Shown one piece after another: positions 19,450-26,762 of a stretch of 64,000 nucleotides of DNA. The position numbers were made by a program, and so were the translations under genes. The stretch covers positions 521,642-585,641 of the forward strand of contig JAMPBN010000001.1 in the NCBI GenBank assembly GCA_023666665.1, given 5' to 3'. The notes below the pieces were generated by a model that worked only from the letters and a program-made list of their open reading frames with translations, had not been told where the DNA came from and made no database searches. This DNA is from Prevotella sp. Lineage in GTDB: Bacteria; Bacteroidota; Bacteroidia; Bacteroidales; Muribaculaceae. Each line of letters begins with the position of its first letter. Positions within the stretch are counted from its first letter, which is position 1.

Positions 19450-20747
19450 CGTTCCTGTTTCTTGGGGTCTTTGAATATGAACATAAACAGCACGGCTACA
19501 ACCAGCGCATATGCGGCAAAGATAAGCCACGACTCGGACCATCCGGCGCTTTGCTGCTCGGGTGTCATTGTAGCGGTGTCAACGAGCTTGTTTACGACGC
19601 AGTTGCCGGCGATAAATGTGCCCAAAGAGGCACCGATACCGTTGGTCATCAGCATAAACAAACCTTGGGCCGACGAGCGCTGGGCGGGGTCGGTCTGCGA
19701 GTCTACGTAGATGCCGCCGCTGACGTTGAAGAAGTCAAACGCCACGCCGTAAACTATGCAGCTGAGAATCAGGAATATCACGCCCGGGAAGTTGGTGTTG
19801 CCAATTCCGAAGAATCCGAAGCGGAGCACCCACGCAAACATAGCCATAAGCATTACACCCTTGATGCCCAACTTTTTAAGGCATACCGGGATTAAAAGTA
19901 TGCAGAGGGCTTCGGCACATTGAGAGATTGAAATCAGGAATGTGGGATTTTCTGCCCAGAAGCCTCCGGCGTATTCTTTAAGGCTGTTAAAGTGGTAGAT
20001 AAAGCTGGAGCCGTAAGTATTGGTGATTTGCAGCGATACGCCCAAAAGCATACTGAAAATGAAGAATATGGCCATCTCTTTGCGCTTGAACAGGCGGAAT
20101 GCTTTCAAACCGAGGGCTTCTGCAAGACTCTTTGATGCCCCCTTGTTAATGGCGCAGTGTGGCAGGGTCAGACAGTAGAGAGCGAGAATCAGGCTGAGTG
20201 CGCCTGAGGTGTAGAATTGGGTATAGCTGTGCTGTATGGTTTCGCCGCCGAAACTTACGAAGTTTACAAACAGCTCGGCAGCGATGAAGCCGACCGTGCC
20301 GAACACGCGGATGGGCGGGAAGTCGGTAACGGTGCTGAGGCCGTTTTTCTCCAGACCGTTGAAAGCTACGGAGTTCGCCAGGCCGATGGTGGGCATAAAG
20401 AATGCTACCGACAGGGTATAAAGCGTAAAGAGCAGGCCAAAGTGGAGAGTGCCGTCTGCAGCTAATTGCGAAGCGGCAACCGCTCCGGCGCCAATCATAA
20501 ATCCGCCGGCAAGCAAGTGGCAGAGGCTTAGGGTTATCTGCGCGGGAATCCAGCGGTCGGCAACTATGCCGATGAGTGCGGGCATCAGGATTGACACAAG
20601 GCCCTGAACGGTGTAGAACCAAAATACTTGTTGTCCGAGACCGTGGTTTCCGAGAAACATACCCATAGAAATAAGGTATGCTCCCCATACGGCAAATTCC
20701 AGGAAGTTCATTAGCGAAAGCTGAGCTTTCAAGCCGGTTTGTTTCAT
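19446..20747 (-). CDS. MFS nucleoside:H+ symporter (NupG/XapB/YegT family).
   Basis: 433 aa with about 12 TM segments. The N-terminus LEFAVWGAYLISMGMFL and overall layout match the nucleoside permease family. Confidence 0.75.
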   Translation of the reverse strand: MKQTGLKAQLSLMNFLEFAVWGAYLISMGMFLGNHGLGQQVFWFYTVQGLVSILMPALIGIVADRWIPAQITLSLCHLLAGGFMIGAGAVAASQLAADGTLHFGLLFTLYTLSVAFFMPTIGLANSVAFNGLEKNGLSTVTDFPPIRVFGTVGFIAAELFVNFVSFGGETIQHSYTQFYTSGALSLILALYCLTLPHCAINKGASKSLAEALGLKAFRLFKRKEMAIFFIFSMLLGVSLQITNTYGSSFIYHFNSLKEYAGGFWAENPTFLISISQCAEALCILLIPVCLKKLGIKGVMLMAMFAWVLRFGFFGIGNTNFPGVIFLILSCIVYGVAFDFFNVSGGIYVDSQTDPAQRSSAQGLFMLMTNGIGASLGTFIAGNCVVNKLVDTATMTPEQQSAGWSESWLIFAAYALVVAVLFMFIFKDPKKQER

Positions 20748-21307
20748 ATACTTTTCTTTTGATTTATTATTTCGGTGAGTCGGGAGGCCTCTTCATAGTT
20801 TTCCGCGTCGACGGCTTCGTCGCGCAGGCGTTCGAGTTCCTCAATGGTTGGTTCTTTTGGCTGCTCCGGTTCTTTGGGGGCAGTCGGTTCGGCTTGCATC
20901 ACGAAGCCGCATTCGTGGAGAATCTCCTCCGTGCAATATATCGGCGCTCCGGTGCGCATGGCCACGGCTACGGCGTCAGACGTGCGCGCTTCGAAGCTCA
21001 CGCGTCGCTCGCCGTCGGTAAACGTTACTTCCGAGTAGAATATGCCGTCTTCAAACTTGTAGATGAACACTTCGACCATAGCGATGCCGAATGCGTGGGC
21101 AAACGAGGCAAAGAGGTCGTGGGTCATAGGTCGTGGCAGGGCAACGTGTTCCATCTTGGCAGCAATGGCGCGGGCTTCGGCATCGCCGATAACTACCGGA
21201 ATGCGAACCGGGCCGTCGACTTGCGCGAGAATCAGCGCATATGCTCCGCGGCTTATTTCGCCGGTGCTCATGCCGAGAACTCTGAGTCTGATGCGTTTCT
21301 GTTCCAT
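20744..21307 (-). CDS. Bifunctional nuclease family protein (DUF151) with a C-terminal UVR-like motif.
   Basis: ...VLGMSTGEISRGAYALILAQVDGPVRIPVVIGDAEARAIA...PMTHDLFASF..., a conserved DUF151 core. The C-terminus EELERLRDEAVDAENYEEASRL is UvrB/C-like. Confidence 0.7.
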   Translation of the reverse strand: MEQKRIRLRVLGMSTGEISRGAYALILAQVDGPVRIPVVIGDAEARAIAAKMEHVALPRPMTHDLFASFAHAFGIAMVEVFIYKFEDGIFYSEVTFTDGERRVSFEARTSDAVAVAMRTGAPIYCTEEILHECGFVMQAEPTAPKEPEQPKEPTIEELERLRDEAVDAENYEEASRLTEIINQKKSI

Positions 21308-21311
21308 ATTC

Positions 21312-22364
21312 CTATAAGGTTATAATGCCTGAACCGTAGCAAATTTCACGCTCGCGGTTGTATATTACGGCAAATTGTCCCGGGGCGATGCCCTGAACTT
21401 TTTGTGCGCTGACAATTCGCAGCCTGCCGTCGGCGAGGCGTTCAAGCTGTCCGTCGATAAATTCGGGAGTATGGCGGTTTTTGAAGCTGATGTCGGTGAG
21501 TTCGGGGTCGCGGGTAATCCAGTGCATCTCGTCAAGGATTATTTCGCGGCCATATTGCTTATCGGTGTCGTAACCTCGGGAGGCGTAAATGGCGTTGTCG
21601 GCCACGTTTTTGCGCACTACGTACCAGGGGCCGCCGCTCAGTCCCAACCCCTTGCGCTGGCCTATGGTGTGAAACCAATATCCACGGTGTTCGCCGAGCT
21701 TCTTGCCGGTTTCCAGCTCGATAATCGGCCCGGGGCGCTCGCCGAGATGGCGGCGAATGAAGTCGTTGTAGTTGATGTTGCCCAGGAAGCAGATTCCCTG
21801 ACTGTCGCGGCGAAACGCGTTGGGTAGGTTTGCGGCAATGGCAAGCTCGCGCACGCGGCTCTTGGGCATATCGCCGATGGGAAACATTGCGTGGGCAAGC
21901 TGGGGGTATGTTATGCGCGCAAGGAAGTCTGTCTGGTCTTTTACCGGGTCGGGAGCCGTGCCCAAGTATGTCAGGCCGTCAGCGCCGATGATGGTGCGGG
22001 CATAGTGGCCGGTGGCTGTGCGGTCAAATTCGTGGCCCCAGCGCTCATCAAAGTAGCCGAATTTGATGATGCGGTTACACATAATGTCCGGGTTGGGAGT
22101 CAGGCCGGCTTTTACGGTGTTGAGCGCATAAACCATTACTGAATCCCAATATTCCTTATGGAGCGACACCACGTCGAAGGGCAGGCCGTAGCGCTTGGCA
22201 ATGAACTGACACATCTCGATGTCTTCTTCGGCAGAGCAGTCGCCCTCATCTTCATCCAACCCTATTCGGATATAAAAAAGATGAACGTCATGACCCTGTT
22301 CAACCAGGCGGTGAACGGCCACGGCGCTATCTACTCCTCCTGAAATCAAAGCGGCTATCTTCAT
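21312..22364 (-). CDS. mnmA: tRNA-specific 2-thiouridylase MnmA.
   Basis: PP-loop [15 protein letters not shown] and ...TATGHYAR...CFLGNINY..., the MnmA signature. Confidence 0.9.
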   Translation of the reverse strand: MKIAALISGGVDSAVAVHRLVEQGHDVHLFYIRIGLDEDEGDCSAEEDIEMCQFIAKRYGLPFDVVSLHKEYWDSVMVYALNTVKAGLTPNPDIMCNRIIKFGYFDERWGHEFDRTATGHYARTIIGADGLTYLGTAPDPVKDQTDFLARITYPQLAHAMFPIGDMPKSRVRELAIAANLPNAFRRDSQGICFLGNINYNDFIRRHLGERPGPIIELETGKKLGEHRGYWFHTIGQRKGLGLSGGPWYVVRKNVADNAIYASRGYDTDKQYGREIILDEMHWITRDPELTDISFKNRHTPEFIDGQLERLADGRLRIVSAQKVQGIAPGQFAVIYNREREICYGSGIITL

Positions 22365-22699
22365 TGGCGCAAAATTTCTTGAACTTCAAGTTTTAGGGTC
22401 GGCAAATGGTTGATGACTATTGCCCAAAGAATATCGGGCTTTAGGGAGTCGTAAGCGTGGATGATGTAGTTTCTGGTGTCAACAATTTTACGAGCGGCCG
22501 TAATCTCCACATTCGGGTTTGCTTTAAGGATACGATTCATAGCCTCTCCCATGATTTCGATATTTCGCTCAATAAATCTGCGAAATACAAAATCCGATAC
22601 AAAAATATTGTATTCTCTGCCGAATCTTGTTGTGGCGGTTTCTATTTCAAGAATCGATCTAAGAATGTCTTCGCAGTATTTTGCCGTGGGTTCATCCAT
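22361..22699 (-). CDS. hepT: HepT-like (DUF86) HEPN ribonuclease toxin of a HepT/MntA toxin-antitoxin pair.
   Basis: 112 aa. HEPN Rx4-6H motif: ...[18 protein letters not shown]... (R(x)6H). It overlaps the upstream MntA gene by 8 bp. Confidence 0.8.
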   Translation of the reverse strand: MDEPTAKYCEDILRSILEIETATTRFGREYNIFVSDFVFRRFIERNIEIMGEAMNRILKANPNVEITAARKIVDTRNYIIHAYDSLKPDILWAIVINHLPTLKLEVQEILRQ

Positions 22700-23003
22700 A
22701 AATCAACTGCTTTGTATTGTCGAGTTCTTTGCGGAAGAAGGAATTTTTCACTTCATCGTCGCATACCATATCAACCCGTCGGTTAAGAAGATATTCGAGG
22801 TCGTGGATAAATCCGAAGAATATATCAGACCAATCCAGTCCCTCACGCCTTATGGTTTCAGCGTCGAAATTAACAGAAAAATCCACATCGCTGTTGCTGT
22901 TGAATTTAGAAGTCAAAATTGAGCCGAAAACCCATAGTTTATCTACCTTGTATTTCTTACACAAGGTGATAATTTGGGCTAAATGCGATTCGATTAACTT
23001 CAT
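22692..23003 (-). CDS. mntA: MntA-like minimal nucleotidyltransferase antitoxin (partner of HepT).
   Basis: 103 aa. GS...D.D motif: WVFGSILTSKFNSNSDVDFSVNF, the nucleotidyltransferase fold signature. Confidence 0.8.
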   Translation of the reverse strand: MKLIESHLAQIITLCKKYKVDKLWVFGSILTSKFNSNSDVDFSVNFDAETIRREGLDWSDIFFGFIHDLEYLLNRRVDMVCDDEVKNSFFRKELDNTKQLIYG

Positions 23004-23055
23004 TGGCGCAAAGGTACGACTTTTTTTGTAACCGACAATCTTAAATTTCGCTAAA

Positions 23056-24720
23056 TTAGAAGCGGAAGCCCAGGGTCAGGGCAAAGCGATTGTGGGTGTC
23101 GCGCAGTTGCGCCGAGGGGCCGTGTTGGGCGGCATTGGTCAGTGCGTAGGATTGTTTGTCCTGGCGCGGGAACGGCGAAAAGGCGTTCCACTGCGAGGTT
23201 TGCGAGCTGTGCACGTAGGCGGCGTCGATTGAGAACTGCCCGAACTTGAAGCCCACGCCGAGGCTCAGATTGTGGCGGTCGCCCGAAAATGTGTACATCG
23301 TGTTCACCCCCGAGGTGTAGATGTATTCGTTGCCGTTGTATGCCTCGGTGGCGGCTGCCGAGCTCTTGTAGCCATAGCCGGCACGCACTGAGAACTTGGG
23401 GGTTACGCGCACTTCCGCGCCAAGGCGCAACTCGTTGGAGCCTTTGAAGTATTGCTTAACGTCGGCGGTGATGTCGTCAGTTACCGGGTCGTCGTCGGAG
23501 GTGCTCATCGAGGGGAATGCCTCGTAGATATAGTCGGCAGAGATGATGAAGCGCCCGCCAATCACTCCGGCGACAGAGGCCATAAGTCGCCATGGGGTTT
23601 TGAGCGACTGGCTCCAGAAGCCCGTGCCGGTGCGCGAGTTGATATTGTCGGAGGCATCGGGAATCGTGGGGATTAGCACGTCGTCGGCATCGGCAATGGA
23701 GTAGTCAATCGCGGCGCTTTGCTGGAAGTTGAGGTTATACCACGTTGGGGTATGTACGGCCAGGCCGATGCGGAATTCGTTGATGGGCTTGAATATCAAT
23801 CCGAACTTCAGGTTGAAGCCCGAGCCGCTTACCCGTTGGTAGGTTTCCATGTCCCAGCCGGCGCGTCCGTTGTCGAGTACCGTGGGGTCACCGTCGGTCT
23901 GCGGAGGGTAGGGCACCAGGGCGTTGTTGATGGTTTCGCCGTAGATCACCGAGCGCGTAAAGCTCAGGTCGCGGATGCCGAAGCCGATACCCCAGTAAAC
24001 CATATCGGAGAAGTTGCCGCCGAAGTTTATGGAGTATTCATCGATATAGCCGCGCTCATAAACGTCGGCGTTTGCCGTGCCCGATGAGTTGCCCTTGAAC
24101 AGGCCTACGTAGTCGCTCTCGCCGGGCTGTCCGGCATAGGGGTTGGGACTGATGAGGTAGCAGTTATATGCCAGCGCCGAGGGCCAGTAGTTGTCGGGGT
24201 TGTTGTATGGATTGTCGCCATATCCGGCACCTTGTAGCTCCGCTTCGCTGTAGCCCTGCGAGGAGTCGGCCACGAAGTTGCTCCACGACGTTGTCAGCGA
24301 GTTGAAGTTGCCTACATAGTGGCGCTCAAAGGAGTTCAGGCGGTTGTATGATGCACCCCACTGGAAGTAGGGCATTATGGCGTTGTTGATATTGACGGCA
24401 CCAACGTAGCCGAAGTTATTGCAGGCGGCATTGGTCTTGGTGATGGTGCGCGGATTGTCGGCGCTGAGGGTTGAGCGGTGGCCGTCAATGTCGAGGGTCG
24501 CGGAGATGTCGCTGCTGCGATATACTCCGATGCCGGCGGGGTTTTGCGTCAGGGTGGAGATGTCGCCGCCCAGGGCTCCGAATGCTCCGCCCATCGACAT
24601 ATAGCGGGCGGTGCCGCGCAGCTGGCTCTCGGAAAAGGTAAAGAGGTCAACGGCATCTTGAGCGCGGAGCGATGCCGCGCAAACCGTCAGCGATGCAATC
24701 AGAAATATGTCTTTTCTCAT
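23056..24720 (-). CDS. Outer membrane beta-barrel protein, FadL/OmpP1/TodX-like with an N-terminal NPA motif. A PorV-like relationship is possible.
   Basis: Signal peptide, ...ARYMSMGGAFGALGGDISTLTQNPAGIG... (NPA hatch motif), alternating beta-strand pattern, and a C-terminus ...LTLGFRF ending in an aromatic residue. Confidence 0.5.
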   Translation of the reverse strand: MRKDIFLIASLTVCAASLRAQDAVDLFTFSESQLRGTARYMSMGGAFGALGGDISTLTQNPAGIGVYRSSDISATLDIDGHRSTLSADNPRTITKTNAACNNFGYVGAVNINNAIMPYFQWGASYNRLNSFERHYVGNFNSLTTSWSNFVADSSQGYSEAELQGAGYGDNPYNNPDNYWPSALAYNCYLISPNPYAGQPGESDYVGLFKGNSSGTANADVYERGYIDEYSINFGGNFSDMVYWGIGFGIRDLSFTRSVIYGETINNALVPYPPQTDGDPTVLDNGRAGWDMETYQRVSGSGFNLKFGLIFKPINEFRIGLAVHTPTWYNLNFQQSAAIDYSIADADDVLIPTIPDASDNINSRTGTGFWSQSLKTPWRLMASVAGVIGGRFIISADYIYEAFPSMSTSDDDPVTDDITADVKQYFKGSNELRLGAEVRVTPKFSVRAGYGYKSSAAATEAYNGNEYIYTSGVNTMYTFSGDRHNLSLGVGFKFGQFSIDAAYVHSSQTSQWNAFSPFPRQDKQSYALTNAAQHGPSAQLRDTHNRFALTLGFRF

Positions 24721-24751
24721 AAATAGTAGTCTTTAAAATGGTTATGACCTC

Positions 24752-25867
24752 TTATCTGCGGCCTCCGGAGCGTCCGCCGCCTCCCGAGCGCGTTCCGCCG
24801 GTTGAGGTGGAGCGGCTGCTGCCTGAGGATGAACGGCTGCCGCTGTTGTAGCTGCTGCCTGAGGATGAGCGGGTGCTGCCCGAAGATGAGCGGGTGCTGC
24901 CGCTGTTGTTGTAGGAGCTGTTGCCGTAAACGGTGCCTGAACCGGTGCGGCGGTTGCCGGTGCCAACGTTGCCGCTGTTGCTAACGTTGCCGTTGGCGGG
25001 GCGGTAATTGTGGCTGCTTCCCTGGCCGGGCGTGTAGTGCTGCGTGGAGCTGCCGGCGGGACGACGGCCGACGCCGGAAGCGTTATGGCCTGCGCCGGGA
25101 GTCGTTACCCGGCCTCCGGAGCGGCCTCCGCGACCGCCGGGAACGTAACCGGCGTTATTGCCGGGGCGATGGCCGGGCTGTGAGGGTGTGGCGGGGTGAT
25201 GTGGCGGCCGAGGGGGATTCCAGCTCCAGCCCCATGAGGGACCGTATCCCCAGCTCCAGCCCCATGAGGGGCCGTATCCCCAGCTCCAGCCCCATGAGGG
25301 GCCGTAGTTCCAGTAGTTGTAGCCCCACCAGGGATTGTAATATGCGGGACTCCATACCCGGGACCATGCCGAAGTATAGTAGTAGGGGCTCCAGAAATTA
25401 TTCCATGGGTCGGTGTTGTCAACATAAATATTTATTGTGGTTGGCGACGTTGAGCCGGTTGCGCCGGCGAGTTCGTCGTTGGCATACGTGTAGAGATACT
25501 TCAAGTCATCGTCGTTGGAGTTGACCACGATGCCGGGGTTGGAAAATTGCTCTATGCGGCGGGTATACGTAAAGTTGTCGCCCAGGTCGGCTTGCTGCTC
25601 CTTCTGGGGAGTGTAGCCTTTGCGGCGGTTATATTCATCTACGTTGCGCTCGGAGCCTGCTTCGTTGTCAACGACGCTTTCAAGATATTTTTGGCGGGCA
25701 TCTTCTTCGGCGCGTTTTTTGGCGGCCTTTTCGGCTTTTTCTTTTTTAGCTTTGTCGGCGTCGTAATATATATCGTCGTCGTAATAGCTTTGAGCCGATG
25801 CCGTCGCTGCCGTCAGGCTCAGGACAAATCCGAGCACGAGGGCTTTACGTGTAGTCGTCGCTTTCAT
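24752..25867 (-). CDS. Secreted low-complexity repeat protein: charged N-terminal region, Trp/Gly/Tyr-rich decapeptide tandem repeats, and a Ser/Gly/Arg-rich tail.
   Basis: Signal peptide MKATTTRKALVLGFVLSLTAATASAQ (ATG at 25867). The unit (Y)GPSWGWSWG occurs three times, encoded by a 30-bp DNA tandem repeat. The C-terminus is ...SGSTRSSSGSTRSSSGSS...RSGGGGRSGGRR. Confidence 0.6.
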   Translation of the reverse strand: MKATTTRKALVLGFVLSLTAATASAQSYYDDDIYYDADKAKKEKAEKAAKKRAEEDARQKYLESVVDNEAGSERNVDEYNRRKGYTPQKEQQADLGDNFTYTRRIEQFSNPGIVVNSNDDDLKYLYTYANDELAGATGSTSPTTINIYVDNTDPWNNFWSPYYYTSAWSRVWSPAYYNPWWGYNYWNYGPSWGWSWGYGPSWGWSWGYGPSWGWSWNPPRPPHHPATPSQPGHRPGNNAGYVPGGRGGRSGGRVTTPGAGHNASGVGRRPAGSSTQHYTPGQGSSHNYRPANGNVSNSGNVGTGNRRTGSGTVYGNSSYNNSGSTRSSSGSTRSSSGSSYNSGSRSSSGSSRSTSTGGTRSGGGGRSGGRR

Positions 25868-25957
25868 CTTGTTATCTCCTATCTTTAGTGACATTTTGTA
25901 ATCCGTAATACCTCTTTGACCGTCAAATTGTCAAGAGGTTTAATGCCACAAAGATAC

Positions 25958-26004
25958 AAAAAATATTCCAAAAGAAAAAAGTCCTTAAGGCCGTTAAGGA
26001 CTTT
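25958..26004 (-). terminator. Rho-independent terminator downstream of the HdeD-like gene.
   Basis: Perfect 11-bp stem (aaagtccttaa / ttaaggacttt) with a ggccg loop. On the minus strand it is followed by a T-rich tract (TTTTTTCTTTTGG). Confidence 0.6.
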
Positions 26005-26036
26005 AAGGACCTTAAGAACTTTTATGACAGGCCTGA

Positions 26037-26588
26037 TTATTCCGTCTTGGCAGGTTTCATATCGTAAGCTCCCATTGCGAGGGTGAAGCCCCAGTAGATA
26101 AATGCCAGGGAGGTCAGGAAGCTGACGTTGACCATATTTTGCAGATAGCCCGCTTCCATAAAGAAGAAGCCGATGAGCAGCAAGAGGATGCCGTTAATGA
26201 GCTGAAGCCACCAGTACTTGCGGGCGCGGCCATTGATTGACCCTACCAGTGCGCCAATGCCCCAGAATATGAACACGAAAGCGATAAAGTAGGGGAACAC
26301 GGCCTCGGCCAACGTTACGCTGCGCACCAGCATAAAGCCGATAAACATATCAATAACGCCGCCGGCAAGCCACCAGCCCCAGCCGCGAGGCCGGTTTTCT
26401 CCGGCGCTGACGCAGAGCTGCACAATGCCGGCAGCAATGAGCATCCACCCGAATAATACGCTGGCCACCGCATATCCGATTGCGGGGAAGAACCAGTATG
26501 CAAATCCGGCAATCACCATAAGGATGCCGACTACGAGAACCAGCCACCAAAGCCGCGACTGTCCCCAAAAAGATGAAATCTGTTTCAT
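26037..26588 (-). CDS. hdeD: HdeD family (DUF308) acid-resistance membrane protein.
   Basis: 183 aa with 6 TM helices and W/G-rich loops (...LVVGILMVIAGFAYWFFP...GWMLIAAGIVQL...), typical of DUF308. Confidence 0.7.
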   Translation of the reverse strand: MKQISSFWGQSRLWWLVLVVGILMVIAGFAYWFFPAIGYAVASVLFGWMLIAAGIVQLCVSAGENRPRGWGWWLAGGVIDMFIGFMLVRSVTLAEAVFPYFIAFVFIFWGIGALVGSINGRARKYWWLQLINGILLLLIGFFFMEAGYLQNMVNVSFLTSLAFIYWGFTLAMGAYDMKPAKTE

Positions 26589-26710
26589 AGCTAATATTTT
26601 TAATAGTTAAACGTCTACATAAATAACAAACGGCACAAAGGGGATGCCCTCGGGCAATAGTTAAACTATGTTAATAAATGTTAAGTAGTTGGGGGGGTGA
26701 TTTTTATGAG

Positions 26711-26718
26711 TAAATTTG
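26711..26718 (+). promoter_or_regulatory. Candidate Bacteroidetes -7 promoter element (TAnnTTTG) upstream of the first PUL gene.
   Basis: TAAATTTG lies 45 nt upstream of the ATG at 26763. No clear -33 TTTG was seen. Confidence 0.35.
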
Positions 26719-26762
26719 CCCGCAAAATACAGTAATATTACTAATCTTAAATCGTAAACTTC

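Noticed and set aside
19450-19542. Upstream extension of rsmE to the ORF-track start (MVRVVAYLCRICAGC...).
   Set aside because: It would overlap the permease gene by 97 bp. The RsmE homology begins at (M)IQFYAPDI, and a TTG there forms a canonical TTGA overlap with the upstream stop.
20146-20688. 180-aa minus-strand ORF rich in Arg/His/Pro.
   Set aside because: It is an alternate frame inside the NupG-like permease gene, with no motifs and composition typical of a frame-shifted reading.
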